Positions 36,333 to 46,843 of a stretch of 64,000 nt of DNA are shown here, piece after piece (position 1 is the stretch's first letter; every line of letters starts with the position of its first letter). The translations under genes and the position numbers were made by a program. The stretch is from an uncultured bacterium (GTDB taxonomy: Bacteria > Actinomycetota > Coriobacteriia > Coriobacteriales > Coriobacteriaceae), in contig CAJMLP010000010.1 in the NCBI GenBank assembly GCA_905214215.1, positions 10 through 64,009 of the forward strand, given 5' to 3'. The notes under the pieces were generated by a model. That model did no database searches and had not been told where the DNA came from. It saw only the letters and a program-made list of their open reading frames with translations.

Positions 36333-38975
36333 CTACAGCGCACCAGAGCCGGCTTGCATCATGCCACCGGGGCCCGAGCTCACGCCACTGCTCACAGGCG
36401 CGGCGTTTCCGGTGTGCGGCGCCGCCGGAGCGGTATCGCCACCGAGCGTGCCCGCCGGACGCGGTGCCGGGATCTCGCCCGTGCCGTGGCTAAAGACAAA
36501 CTTGCCATCGGCCACGTCGCACAGGACGGTATCGCCCTCGCCCCACTCGCCGGCCAGAAGCTCCTCGGACAGCGGGTCCTCGATGAGCTTTTGAATAGCA
36601 CGACGCAGCGGACGTGCGCCATTGGTAAGATCGGTACCCTCGGCCACAATCTTGTCGTAGGCCGCATCGGTGAGCTTGATGTTCATGCCGTTTGCGATCA
36701 GGCGCTGGCGCAGATCGTCCACCAGCAGGTGCGCGATCTTGGTGAGATTCTCGCCCGTGAGCTTCTGGAACACCACAATGTCGTCGATACGGTTGAGCAG
36801 CTCGGGGCGGAACAGGCGCTTGAGCTCGCCCATCGCGCGGCCCTTGATTTCACTCGACGTGAGACCCTGCTCGCCGGTGGTGCCAAAGCCAACGCTCGCA
36901 TCCTGTGCGATCTCGCGGGCGCCCACGTTGGACGTCATGATGATCACGGTGTTGCGGAAGTCGACCGTCTTGCCCTGGCTATCAGTCAGGCGGCCCTCCT
37001 CCAGCACCTGCAGCAGGATGTTGAAGATGTCGGGGTGCGCCTTCTCGATCTCGTCGAACAGCACGACCGAATACGGGTGACGACGAACGGCCTTGGTAAG
37101 CTGACCGCCCTCGTCGTGACCCACGTAACCCGGAGGGCTACCGATGAGCTTGGAGACCTCGAACTCGCTGCCGAACTCCGACATGTCGAAGCTGATGAGC
37201 GCGTCCTTGCTGCCAAAGAGGTACTCGGCGAGCGTCTTGGCGAGCTCGGTCTTGCCTGTGCCGGTGGGACCCAGGAAGATAAAGCTGCCGCCGGGGCGAC
37301 GCGGGTCCTTGAGCGGCGAACGGCTGCGGCGCACGGCCTTGGCGACGGCCTCGACTGCCTCATCCTGACCGATGATGCGCGTCTTGAGCACGCTTTCGGT
37401 CTGCAGCAAGCGCCGGCTCTCGCTCTCGGTGAGCGAGGAAACCGGCACGCCAGAGGTCACGGACACGATGTCGGCGATCTGACTCACGTCGATGGTGAGC
37501 GGGCTGGCGTCGAGCTCGGCGGTCCAGGCGGCCTTGGCTTCGGCGAGTTCAATCTCGGCGGCCTTCTGCTGCTCGGTGATCTCGGCGGCCTTGTTCATGT
37601 CATCGCTCTCGGTGGCCTCCTGCGCGGCGGCCTTGAGCTCCTCTATACGATGCTCGGCCTCGCGCACCGGCTCGGGCGCGCGATTCGCGGCGATGCGAGC
37701 GCGGGCACCGGCCTCGTCGATGAGATCGATGGCTTTATCGGGCAGGAAGCGATCCTGGATGTAGCGGTTGGAAAGGTTCGCGGCGGCCTCGATAGCACCC
37801 TGCGTATAGCGCACATGGTGGTGCTCCTCGTAGCGCGGCTTAAGCGCGGTCAGGATCTTGACCGTGTCCTCGACGCTCGGCTCCTCGACATCGATGGTCT
37901 GGAAGCGACGCTCGAAGGCCGGGTCCTTGGTGAGGTACTTGCGGAATTCCTCGGCCGTGGTGGCGCCGATAATCTGGAAGGCACCGCGCGCGAGTACGGG
38001 CTTGAGCATGGAGCTCGCATCGATGGAGCCCTCGGCAGAACCGGCACCGATGATGGTGTGCATCTCGTCGATAAACAGGATGACGTCGTCCGCTTCGGTG
38101 GCCTCCTGGATCACGTTCTTGAGGCGCTCCTCAAACTCGCCGCGATACTTGGCACCCGCCACGAGACCCGGCAGGTCGAGCGTCCAGATATTCTGGTTCA
38201 TGAGGTTCTCAGGCACGTTGCCGGCTGCTATCTGCTGAGCCAGGCCCTCGACGATGGCCGTCTTGCCCACGCCGGGATCGCCCAGGATGAGCGGGTTGTT
38301 TTTGGTGCGACGCGAGAGGATTTCCATCATGCGCTGGACTTCCTTTTCGCGACCAATTACAGGGTCGAGCTCGCCGTCGCGCGCCTTCTGCGTGAGGTTG
38401 GTCGCGAACTGCTTGAGCGTGTCGGTGCCACTCCCCTTTTGCTGAGAGGCATCCGAGCCGCTAAAGAACGGCAGGCCCGCACCGGGACGCCCGGCACCGG
38501 CACCGGCGAGCGGACGCTTCTTGTCCTGGTCCTTGGCGGTGAGTTTCTCGATAGCCTTTTTAATGGAAGCAGACGACACGCCCAGGCGCATGAGGATGTC
38601 CATGGCCATGCCGTTGCCCTCTTCGACGATGCCGATCAGCAAGTGCTCGGTCGAAACGTAGGTCTGGTTGTTCTCGCGTGCCACGCGGAAGGAGCGCTCC
38701 ATCACGCTGATGACGAGCGGCGTAAAGGCGAGCTTGGCAGCCTCGGTCTCCTCGCTGGGCTCGGGAACCGTGGTCTGGACCTCTTTGAGGGTATCCATGA
38801 TGTCATCGTAGGAGATGTCGAGCGAACGCAGCGCCTCGGCGGCAATGCCCTCGTCCTCCTTGGCAAGCGCGAGCAGCAGGTGCTCGGTGCCCACCTTATT
38901 TGAGTGCAGATCGAGCGCCTCCTGCTTGGCCATGGACATGACCTTGCGCGCGCGATCGGTAAAACGGTCTAACAT
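36333..38975 (-). CDS. clpC: ATP-dependent Clp protease ATPase ClpC
   Basis: Clp-N repeats (TEHLL), GDPGVGKT and GPTGTGKT Walker A motifs, GARPLRR. Confidence 0.95.
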   Translation of the reverse strand: MLDRFTDRARKVMSMAKQEALDLHSNKVGTEHLLLALAKEDEGIAAEALRSLDISYDDIMDTLKEVQTTVPEPSEETEAAKLAFTPLVISVMERSFRVARENNQTYVSTEHLLIGIVEEGNGMAMDILMRLGVSSASIKKAIEKLTAKDQDKKRPLAGAGAGRPGAGLPFFSGSDASQQKGSGTDTLKQFATNLTQKARDGELDPVIGREKEVQRMMEILSRRTKNNPLILGDPGVGKTAIVEGLAQQIAAGNVPENLMNQNIWTLDLPGLVAGAKYRGEFEERLKNVIQEATEADDVILFIDEMHTIIGAGSAEGSIDASSMLKPVLARGAFQIIGATTAEEFRKYLTKDPAFERRFQTIDVEEPSVEDTVKILTALKPRYEEHHHVRYTQGAIEAAANLSNRYIQDRFLPDKAIDLIDEAGARARIAANRAPEPVREAEHRIEELKAAAQEATESDDMNKAAEITEQQKAAEIELAEAKAAWTAELDASPLTIDVSQIADIVSVTSGVPVSSLTESESRRLLQTESVLKTRIIGQDEAVEAVAKAVRRSRSPLKDPRRPGGSFIFLGPTGTGKTELAKTLAEYLFGSKDALISFDMSEFGSEFEVSKLIGSPPGYVGHDEGGQLTKAVRRHPYSVVLFDEIEKAHPDIFNILLQVLEEGRLTDSQGKTVDFRNTVIIMTSNVGAREIAQDASVGFGTTGEQGLTSSEIKGRAMGELKRLFRPELLNRIDDIVVFQKLTGENLTKIAHLLVDDLRQRLIANGMNIKLTDAAYDKIVAEGTDLTNGARPLRRAIQKLIEDPLSEELLAGEWGEGDTVLCDVADGKFVFSHGTGEIPAPRPAGTLGGDTAPAAPHTGNAAPVSSGVSSGPGGMMQAGSGAL

Positions 38976-39148
38976 GCTAGTTCCTCTTAGACGAGCTAGT
39001 TTTTCAAACGCAAAGCGCCACTCGTGGCGGCGCTTTGGTCTCTTTACCCATATGGAGTATATGTTAACCGTTGGGACCTTTCCTGCCCGTAGCCGCGCGA
39101 CAACGTCTACAAAAAAGGAATTGCCAGGTGCCTCTGCATCGGCCCAAC

Positions 39149-39241
39149 GAGCGTGGATTTTCGGACACCCATTCCACGAGCGTGGATAATCTCCCGTTTT
39201 GAGCCCGTAAACAGGCCAAAAACGGGAGATTATCCACGTTC
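39149..39241. repeat. GAGCGTGGATAATCTCCC-family palindromic element
   Basis: Direct units at 39149 and 39178, inverted unit at 39224-39241 after a 28-bp spacer. Confidence 0.85.
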
Positions 39242-39272
39242 ATGTTTTGCGGATCAGTTTCATTTGCACCAA

Positions 39273-40841
39273 TTAGCTGGTGTGACGCCAGCGAGAGTCG
39301 GTGAGGGTTCTCGCCACGCCCAGGCCAACGGGCAGAAACGCCACAATGAGCACTGCACGCACAAACCAGCCGAGCATATTGACCGTGTCGAAGGTGCACA
39401 TGTAATACATCGAGCGATACAGATACAAGCCCGGCACCATAATGACAATCGATGGCACCGTGAGGGCGATACGTGGGTAGGTGAGCTTGATTTCGGCTAA
39501 GCTCGCGAGCAGGCCCGATACCAGCGCACCGATAAACGCTGCCGCCTCGGGAGGCATACCTAAGCTCAGGCCCAGGAAGGGAAACAGCGCCGGCGCATCA
39601 ACAAGGGTCAGACGCAAGGTATTGGACACGGCGCCGATCAGCCCAGCTGCCGCGGCCATCTTTACCGGGCTGTTGAACATCACCGAGAAGCCGAATACGC
39701 CAACAAAGCTCATCACCACGCGCAGGAGCGTAAGGGCAAGCGGCGAAAGGCCGAGCGGGGCAAAATCATCCGGTGCCAGCCCCACACACTCGGCAACCAT
39801 CCAGCCCACAAGGGTCGCCATCACAATAATCGACACGGCATACGAAAGACGCTCAATGCCGCTTCGCATATCGAGCTTAGCGATGTCGAGGCCTGCCGTA
39901 ATGAGGGGAAAGCCGGGAATCACAAAGAGCATGGCGCCGATATAGCCTTCTTGGTGCGACATTGCCCCCGGTACGACCTGGCCAAGGCCGAGCAATGTCA
40001 GCAGATACGAAACGCAAGCGAGCGCAACGCCAATCGTCAGCGCGCTAAACTGGCCAAGACCCTGCTTGAGAATATGAGAGCGAGCAAAGTTGCCAACACC
40101 AGCGCCTACGAATGCGCAGGCCATCTCGATAGGGCCGCCGCCGAGCAAAAAGACGAAGGCGCCGCAAGCACAAGCTGCCGCAAGGCCCTGTTGCCAGGGA
40201 GAGTAATCGGGTTTTGAACTCTCAACGGTCTTGAGCATCTCGTGGTATTCGTGCACGGTAAACCGGCGCCCATACGTCTCGATTTCCTTTAGGAAGCTCT
40301 CCATCATCCAAATGCGATGGGTATTGACTCCCGTTGTGGGCAGGCTGACAACCTCGTTAAAGCAGTGGCCATCTTCGATGCAGGTGCACTCAAACGACAG
40401 AAGACTTAAGTCAACGTGGACGGTGACACCGAGTACGGCGGCAACGCGATTCATGGTATCGCGTACACGCCAGGCACCCGTTCCGCTCGCGAGCATAAGC
40501 ATACCGGTGCGGCAGATGATGGATGACTTATCGGTGAGCGGTGCATCGACGGCAAGCTCATCGCCTGCCGTCACGATCTGGTGCCAGTCTGTTTTCATAT
40601 GGAGTGCGCCGGCACGAACACCGTGGTGCATGGGGGCTCTCGAAAGCAGCGAGTCAAGGCGCGAAGACTGTGGGGGCTCCGTTGATTCGTCCTCAACCTC
40701 ATCAGTCTCTTCATCGACCAGATCAAATGAGTCAAGCGATGCCGGCTCGCGACGATCGATTAGCTCCTCATCCTCATCGTCAAAGTAATTGAACTGATCG
40801 AGCATGTCCTCTTCGATTGCACGCTCGCTCGCGTCGTCCAT
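39273..40841 (-). CDS. ThrE-family threonine/serine exporter
   Basis: ASGTGAWRV, IPGFPLI and MVPG motifs; about 10 TM segments; acidic N-terminal extension. Confidence 0.8.
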   Translation of the reverse strand: MDDASERAIEEDMLDQFNYFDDEDEELIDRREPASLDSFDLVDEETDEVEDESTEPPQSSRLDSLLSRAPMHHGVRAGALHMKTDWHQIVTAGDELAVDAPLTDKSSIICRTGMLMLASGTGAWRVRDTMNRVAAVLGVTVHVDLSLLSFECTCIEDGHCFNEVVSLPTTGVNTHRIWMMESFLKEIETYGRRFTVHEYHEMLKTVESSKPDYSPWQQGLAAACACGAFVFLLGGGPIEMACAFVGAGVGNFARSHILKQGLGQFSALTIGVALACVSYLLTLLGLGQVVPGAMSHQEGYIGAMLFVIPGFPLITAGLDIAKLDMRSGIERLSYAVSIIVMATLVGWMVAECVGLAPDDFAPLGLSPLALTLLRVVMSFVGVFGFSVMFNSPVKMAAAAGLIGAVSNTLRLTLVDAPALFPFLGLSLGMPPEAAAFIGALVSGLLASLAEIKLTYPRIALTVPSIVIMVPGLYLYRSMYYMCTFDTVNMLGWFVRAVLIVAFLPVGLGVARTLTDSRWRHTS

Positions 40842-41019
40842 ATAGACGCTCCCTTCCTACCGACTAACCCCCATCCTAGGCAGCAACGGCTAAAGGAAAC
40901 ATAAAAGAGACGGCTGCCATGCGAGCCATGTGCTCAATAGCCGTTGGGTAGTCGTTTAAGAACGTCCCCAATGACTATTGACGGCCAAGGCAACGCCGAT
41001 GTATTGGCAACGTCAGCGA

Positions 41020-41118
41020 GCGGGCCGCATTTGAGACAAGGTGACGTGAAACGAAAGGGCGCTGACCTTCTGGTCGCGCCCTTGAAATTGAACGTCAGAT
41101 TGTCCAAATGCGGCCCGC
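41020..41118. repeat. 99-nt rod-like hairpin element downstream of lysS
   Basis: GCGGGCCGCATTTGAGACAA pairs with TTGTCCAAATGCGGCCCGC; apical AAGGGCGC..GACC-TTCT-GGTC-GCGCCCTT. Confidence 0.65.
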
Positions 41119-41161
41119 GCAGTGTCGAGCCGTTACGCGGTTCGTAGAACCGCGTAACTAG

Positions 41162-43126
41162 TTAGTACATCTTTGCGCCGGCGGGGATGGAAGCGTCGAG
41201 CTGGATCAGATTGAGACGCTCCTCGCCCTCCTCCTCGTGGATAGCGCTGATGAGCATGCCGCAGCTGGGAATGCCCATCATCTTGCGCGGAGGCAGGTTG
41301 GTGATGGCGAGCAAGGTCTTGCCGACCAGGTCCTCGGGCTCATAATAACCGTGAATGCCGGAGAGGATGGTACGATCGGTGCCGGTGCCGTCGTCGAGCG
41401 TAAAGTTCAGCAGCTTCTTGGACTTCTTGACGGCCTCGCACGCCTTGACCTTCACAGCGCGGAAATCGCTCTTGGAGAAGGTATCAAAGTCGACGAACTC
41501 CTCAAACAGCGGCTCGACGGCAATCTTGGAATAATCAACCGTGGGCTTGAGCGGCTTGACGAACGGGCTCGCGGTGTTGCCGGCCTCGGCAGCCTTGGCG
41601 GCAGCGGCACCGGACTGGAAACCCTTCTCGGGCTTCATGTGCGGGAACAGCAGCACGTCGCGGATGGAAGCCTGGTTGGTGAGCAGCATGACCACGCGAT
41701 CGATACCGATGCCGATGCCGCCCGCAGGAGGCATACCGTACTCGAGGGCGCGCACGTAATCCTCGTCGTACTCCATGGCCTCGTCGTCGCCGCCAGCCTT
41801 CTCGGCCATCTGGGCGGCAAAGCGCTCGGCCTGGTCGACCGGGTCGTTGAGCTCGGAGAACGCGTTGGCGTACTCGTGACCGGCGATAACCAGCTCAAAG
41901 CGGTGCGTCAGGCGCGGGTCGTCCTCAAAGCGCTTGGCAAGCGGGCTGACCTCGATGGGGTAATCGCACACGAACGTGGGGTTGACGATGGTGTCCTCGC
42001 CCAGCTCATCGTAGATCTCGGCGATAATCTTGCCGGCGGTCCACTCGGGCTTAATCTCCAGGCCCTTCTCGCGCGCGGCAGCAGCAAGCTCCTCGACCGG
42101 CGTATCGATGGTGACCTGTTTGCCGAGCACGTCGGAGACGATGTCGGTCATGGGACGGCTGGCCCACTCACCAGAAAGGTCGATGGTCTGACCCTGGTAC
42201 TCGATGACCTCGGGGTTGCCGATGGCCTTGTTAGCCGCCTTAATGACACCCTGGGCGAGCGCCTTCATGCCCTCGAGGTCGGAGAAGGCACGATAGGCCT
42301 CCATCGTGGTGAACTCGGGGTTGTGGGTAAGGTCCATGCCCTCGTTACGGAAGATACGGCCGATCTCGAACACGCGCTCAAAACCGCCGACGATGCAGCG
42401 CTTGAGGTGCAGCTCGGTAGCAATGCGCAGGTAGCACTCCTGATCGAGCGCGTTGAAGTGCGTGATGAACGGCTTAGCCGTAGCGCCGCCCTGGATGGTC
42501 TGCAGGATGGGGGTCTCGACCTCCATGTAGCCGTCGGACTCCATAAAGCGACGGAAGGTGGAGAGAATCTGCGAACGCTTACGGAACGTCTCGCGAACGT
42601 CGTCGTTGGCGATCAGGTCAACATAGCGCTGGCGATAGCGGGTCTCCTTATCGGAAAGACCGTGGAACTTCTCGGGCAGCGGACGAACGGCCTTGGCAAG
42701 CAGGGTCGCGCTCTTAGGGGCAACGGAAAGCTGGCCGCGCTGGGTGCGCACAACCACGCCGGTCACGCCCAGGATGTCGCCCAGGTCGAGGGACTTGAGC
42801 GTATTCCAGGCAGCCTCGTCCATGTCGTTGATGCGGCAGAACAGCTGAATCTCGGCAGTCGCATCGCGTACGACGATGAACATGATCTTGCCCTGACCGC
42901 GCTTGGCGACCACACGGCCGCCGATCTTCACGACGTCCTCGGTGTCCTCGCCATCGGCAAGCTCGGCGTACTTAGCCTCGATATCGGCAACGTAGTCCTC
43001 AAGCTCAGAGTGCTCGGGATAGGGGTTCTGGCCCGCCTCGAACAGGGCGGCGCGCTTGGCCAGGCGGGTGGCGCGCTCGTCGTTGAGCGTCGATGCCTGA
43101 TCTGCGGCGTTCTGGTTCTCTGCCAT
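41162..43126 (-). CDS. lysS: Lysine--tRNA ligase (class II) with C-terminal tRNA-binding OB domain
   Basis: RYRQRYVDL, GGATAKPF, FRNEG, HNPEFT and GIGIDR motifs; extra C-terminal KKLL...ILSGI...NLPPRKMMG...GML domain. Confidence 0.96.
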   Translation of the reverse strand: MAENQNAADQASTLNDERATRLAKRAALFEAGQNPYPEHSELEDYVADIEAKYAELADGEDTEDVVKIGGRVVAKRGQGKIMFIVVRDATAEIQLFCRINDMDEAAWNTLKSLDLGDILGVTGVVVRTQRGQLSVAPKSATLLAKAVRPLPEKFHGLSDKETRYRQRYVDLIANDDVRETFRKRSQILSTFRRFMESDGYMEVETPILQTIQGGATAKPFITHFNALDQECYLRIATELHLKRCIVGGFERVFEIGRIFRNEGMDLTHNPEFTTMEAYRAFSDLEGMKALAQGVIKAANKAIGNPEVIEYQGQTIDLSGEWASRPMTDIVSDVLGKQVTIDTPVEELAAAAREKGLEIKPEWTAGKIIAEIYDELGEDTIVNPTFVCDYPIEVSPLAKRFEDDPRLTHRFELVIAGHEYANAFSELNDPVDQAERFAAQMAEKAGGDDEAMEYDEDYVRALEYGMPPAGGIGIGIDRVVMLLTNQASIRDVLLFPHMKPEKGFQSGAAAAKAAEAGNTASPFVKPLKPTVDYSKIAVEPLFEEFVDFDTFSKSDFRAVKVKACEAVKKSKKLLNFTLDDGTGTDRTILSGIHGYYEPEDLVGKTLLAITNLPPRKMMGIPSCGMLISAIHEEEGEERLNLIQLDASIPAGAKMY

Positions 43127-43205
43127 AAGTTAGCTCCTCGAACTAAAACGCTCCCCAGGATTCGGTCCCAGGGAGCGAAAACATACCTTTACGCGGGACC
43201 GTGGT

Positions 43206-43676
43206 CTAGCGTGCAATCTTGGCGATGGTGTAGACGCGAGTCTTGCCGGAAGGCGTAACGACCTCGACGGAGTCGCCCTCGCCGTGACCGATGATGGCGT
43301 GGCCGACCGGAGACTCGTTGGAAATCTTGTGCTCGAGCGAGTTGGTCTCGGTGGTACCGACGAGCGTGACTTCCATGACCTCACCGTTGGGATCAATCAG
43401 AGAAACGGTGGAACCGATGGAGACGGTCAAATCACCTGTGGTGGCAGCAACCTGAGCGTTGGCAAGGATGGCCTGGATCTCGGCAATACGAGCGGCGTTC
43501 TGGGCCTGCTTGTCCTTGGCGGCATCGTACTCGGAGTTCTCCGAAAGGTCGCCGAACGCGCGGGCTTCCTTGATGTCCTCGACGATCTCCTTGGCGTAAT
43601 CGCCCTCACGCCAAGCGAGCTCCTCGACGAGCTTCTGGCGGCCCTCAGCGGTCAGTACGATCTGGCTTGCGTCCAT
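43206..43676 (-). CDS. greA: Transcription elongation factor GreA
   Basis: GDLSENSEY and ISNESPVG motifs. Confidence 0.96.
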   Translation of the reverse strand: MDASQIVLTAEGRQKLVEELAWREGDYAKEIVEDIKEARAFGDLSENSEYDAAKDKQAQNAARIAEIQAILANAQVAATTGDLTVSIGSTVSLIDPNGEVMEVTLVGTTETNSLEHKISNESPVGHAIIGHGEGDSVEVVTPSGKTRVYTIAKIAR

Positions 43677-43782
43677 ACGGATATCTCCCCAACTCTGATC
43701 AAACAATCAACTGTCAACAAAACGAAAAAGACCGGCTAGCCTGCGGGCAAGCCGGTCAGGTGCTCACCCCAAAGGGATGGGA

Positions 43783-44058
43783 CTACTCTGCGTCCGCGTC
43801 GCTGTCCTCTGCCTGCTTCTTCTTGGCAGCAGCGAGCTTGGCCTCGAGCTCAGCGATCTCCTTGTCCTCCTCGGACTGCTCGACCACGACCTCCTCGGCC
43901 TGCTTGGTCTCGGCCTTATCGTCGCCCTCCATACCCTCACGGATATTCTTGACGGTAGAGCCGAGGGACTTGCCGAGCTTCGGCAGGTTCTTGGGCCCGA
44001 AGATAATCAGGACAACGACGAGAATAATGATGAGCTCAGGAGCCCTCAGTCCAAACAT
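43783..44058 (-). CDS. tatA: Twin-arginine translocase TatA
   Basis: MFGL..PEL...IIFGPKNLPKLGKSLG; GGAGG RBS. Confidence 0.92.
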   Translation of the reverse strand: MFGLRAPELIIILVVVLIIFGPKNLPKLGKSLGSTVKNIREGMEGDDKAETKQAEEVVVEQSEEDKEIAELEAKLAAAKKKQAEDSDADAE

Positions 44059-44170
44059 GTAGACCTCCACAATACAGCGAGACAAGCTCGAATGAGTATA
44101 CCGCGGGTATCGCGGTATCACAACAATAGCTAAAAAAAGGGACCGCAAGAAGCGGTCCCTCCTCATGCTC

Positions 44171-44247
44171 TGGTCGGGTTGACTGGATTTGAACCAGCGA
44201 CCCCTGCGTCCCGAACGCAGTGCTCTACCAAACTGAGCCACAACCCG
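44171..44247 (-). tRNA. tRNA-Pro(CGG)
   Basis: Anticodon loop TTCGGGA, GTTCAAAT T-loop, encoded CCA. Confidence 0.95.
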
Positions 44248-44296
44248 TTAGCTCGACTATAGTAACAAAGATTTCCGTCGTGTGCTAGAGAAATTT

Positions 44297-45193
44297 TTAC
44301 TTCTTTGGCACTTCGATGCGAACCGTGTTGGGAATGAGCTCCGTCGCGCAGGACCACCAGCCGTTTTGCAGGGCAGCGTCGGCAAGCCCCTCAGCCGTGG
44401 CGACGGTGTCGCAAATGGCAAACGAGCAGGCGCCCGATCCGCACACATCTACAGCAACGGTGCCGCCTTGTTTACGCAGCCAATCGAGAACCGTTTGTAT
44501 CTGAGGCTCCATCTGTGCGGAAATGACACCCAGGTTGTTATGGATGAGCGCATATGCCGTCTCAGCATCACCAGCACGCAAGGCAGAAGCTATCGCGCCG
44601 GGCTTGTCTGCAGGCACCGGGGCCTCGTCAAAACGTCGATAGGCTTCAATTGTCGAAACGCTTGCCTCGCGCGGCTTGACCAACACGACGGGCGTTGCGG
44701 GCAGCACGGGATACTCAGTTGCCAGCACGTCTCCCCCACCTACGTAGAACGAAGGGCTCGCGTGCAAAAAGAACGGGACGTCAGCACCAATGCCCCGCGC
44801 AATGTCGTCGAGCGCGGGGTCGGTGCGATCAATTCCCCAGAGCTCCGCCAAGGCGACAATGACCGCGGCCGCATCCGTCGAGGGACCGCCCAAGCCGGCG
44901 CACAATGGAATGCGCTTCTCAATCGTCACGCAGATGTTTGCCTCGCGACCATAATGCTCGGCCATAGCAACCGCAGCCCGATACGCCGTATTCTTTTGCA
45001 TGGGAAAATCTGATGCCGGAACCGTCTGGACGGTCAGCGCCTGTGCCGGCGTAACCGTCACGGTATCGGAAAGACCGACAGCTGCCATCAGGGAATCGAC
45101 CCTGTGGTAGCCGCGGTCATCGCGCTCGGTATGAACCCCCAGGTAGAGGTTAATCTTTGCCGGCGCGGAAAGAGTCAGGGACCGATCGGTCAC
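44297..45193 (-). CDS. ispE: 4-diphosphocytidyl-2-C-methyl-D-erythritol kinase
   Basis: APAKINLYL, KRIPLCAGLGG and GADVPFF motifs. Confidence 0.93.
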   Translation of the reverse strand: MTDRSLTLSAPAKINLYLGVHTERDDRGYHRVDSLMAAVGLSDTVTVTPAQALTVQTVPASDFPMQKNTAYRAAVAMAEHYGREANICVTIEKRIPLCAGLGGPSTDAAAVIVALAELWGIDRTDPALDDIARGIGADVPFFLHASPSFYVGGGDVLATEYPVLPATPVVLVKPREASVSTIEAYRRFDEAPVPADKPGAIASALRAGDAETAYALIHNNLGVISAQMEPQIQTVLDWLRKQGGTVAVDVCGSGACSFAICDTVATAEGLADAALQNGWWSCATELIPNTVRIEVPKK

Positions 45194-45195
45194 CG

Positions 45196-45492
45196 CTAGT
45201 GCTCCTCGAGCTGATTGCCGAGCGGGGTAAAGATATGCTCGCCGCTCTCGGGGTCGAACAGCTCGACCTGACCGGTGAGGACATCGATATACTGGTAGGA
45301 CTGACGCGACTTGCGGCCGCGGCGCTCGTCAACCTCGACGATAAAGACTGCCGGATGGACGCTCTTGATGGTGCCCATGCGCTCGACGACGCGGGTGCGG
45401 CCCATGTTGGCCTTCACCTTAACGCGATCGCCCACCATATCGGTCAGCTTCTCGTGGATGTCGTCGACGTGATTGACTTCCATCTCTTCCAT
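45196..45492 (-). CDS. veg: Veg-family protein
   Basis: KANMGR...HPAVFIV...SYQYIDVLT; upstream of ispE as in Firmicutes. Confidence 0.85.
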   Translation of the reverse strand: MEEMEVNHVDDIHEKLTDMVGDRVKVKANMGRTRVVERMGTIKSVHPAVFIVEVDERRGRKSRQSYQYIDVLTGQVELFDPESGEHIFTPLGNQLEEH

Positions 45493-45606
45493 GAACAGGG
45501 CCTCCAGAAGATGCAATTCAAAAAGGGGATAATACCCCTAAGATAGACAAAACTCTAATACTATAGCACCCTGTTGCGACCACGCGCAAGTAGCTAATTT
45601 GGCTAC

Positions 45607-46053
45607 TTACAGATTGTCGGTATCGAGGACGATGGTGAACGGACCGTCGTTGACCAAGTCGACTTTCATATCGGCGCCAAAGATGCCGTGCGCCACGTGT
45701 TCGACATCTTTGCGAACGAGCGTCAAGAAGTACTCGTAGAGCTCGTTGGCAACATCGGGGGCGCCGGCATCGGTAAACGATGGGCGGCGGCCGTGACGGC
45801 AATCGGCGAACAGCGTGAACTGCGACACTACGAGAACCTCGCCGTCGACATCGGCAAGTGCCAGGTTGGTCTTGCCGTTCTCGTCCTCGTTAATGCGCAA
45901 GCCGCGGAGCTTGCCCCACAGCTTATCAGCCTCGGCGCGCGTGTCGCCGTGGCCCACGCCCAACAGCACCAGATAGCCGCGCCCAATTTTGCCCACGCAC
46001 TCGCCGTCGACTGTCACGCCGGCATTGAGTACGCGCTGCACCACCGCACGCAC
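45607..46053 (-). CDS. dtd: D-aminoacyl-tRNA deacylase
   Basis: [19 protein letters not shown] and NDGPFT motifs. Confidence 0.96.
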   Translation of the reverse strand: MRAVVQRVLNAGVTVDGECVGKIGRGYLVLLGVGHGDTRAEADKLWGKLRGLRINEDENGKTNLALADVDGEVLVVSQFTLFADCRHGRRPSFTDAGAPDVANELYEYFLTLVRKDVEHVAHGIFGADMKVDLVNDGPFTIVLDTDNL

Positions 46054-46056
46054 GGC

Positions 46057-46698
46057 TTACTCCTCGCCCGTCAGTTTGGCGGATAGGTGCTCGAGCGCAT
46101 GGAATCGATGGCTGATGGCGTTCTTCTCGTCCGCCGTGAGCTCGGCCATAGTCTTGCCCGGCGTATCGACCGGCAGGAACAGCGGGTCGTAGCCAAAGCC
46201 GTGATCGCCGCGGCCCTCGTGCGCGATAACGCCCTCACAGGCGCCCTCGCCATAGGTGACCAGGCCGTCCGTATCGATGAGCGCAACGACGCTCATAAAG
46301 CGCGCGGTGCGGTCCTCGTCTGCCACGCCTTCCAGATTCACGAGCAGCTTGGCATTGTTGGCGGCATCGTCGCCGTGAACGCCCGCGTAGCGCGCGCTAT
46401 ACACACCGGGCTCACCGTCCAGCGCGTCGACGACCAGGCCCGAATCGTCGGCAATGGCCATGAGCCCCGTCTCTTCGACGGCAGCCTGCGCCTTGATGAT
46501 GGCGTTCTCCAAAAACGTCGTGCCGTTTTCCTCGGGGTCCTCAAATTCGCCCAGCTGGCCGAGCGCCACAAAGCGCACCTCGGGCATGACCTTGCCCAAA
46601 ATGGCCTCGATCTCGGTGAGCTTATGGGCGTTGCCCGTTGCCACGACAATGGTCGCCGCCGGGTCGAGGGTGTCGATGTCGATCTTCTCAAGTGCCAT
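46057..46698 (-). CDS. rdgB: dITP/XTP pyrophosphatase
   Basis: ATGNAHK, ADDSGL, GFGYDPLF and KNAISHR motifs. Confidence 0.95.
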   Translation of the reverse strand: MALEKIDIDTLDPAATIVVATGNAHKLTEIEAILGKVMPEVRFVALGQLGEFEDPEENGTTFLENAIIKAQAAVEETGLMAIADDSGLVVDALDGEPGVYSARYAGVHGDDAANNAKLLVNLEGVADEDRTARFMSVVALIDTDGLVTYGEGACEGVIAHEGRGDHGFGYDPLFLPVDTPGKTMAELTADEKNAISHRFHALEHLSAKLTGEE

Positions 46699-46786
46699 GA
46701 GTGGTCTCCTTGTCTCTATAGCAATGCCGCGCCGAGGGCGACGAGGGCCTCCGCCTCTCCCCTCTCAATCAACGGCAGTCTTATAC

Positions 46787-46843
46787 TTCGACGTTTTCCC
46801 AGATAAAACCTGCCAAAATAAACCTGTCCCTTTTTGGCAGGTT
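46787..46843 (-). repeat. REP-like hairpin subtype A, overlapping the rph stop codon
   Basis: Reverse complement AACCTGCCAAAAAGGGACAGGTTTATTTTGGCAGGTTTTATCTGGGAAAACGTC, matching 8066-8118. Confidence 0.8.

Noticed and set aside
36258..38903. 881-aa plus-strand ORF, and similar long antisense ORFs over asnS, tuf, lysS, asnB and argJ/argB
   Set aside because: Shadow frames opposite well-conserved genes, expected from GC-rich codon bias; no recognisable motifs.
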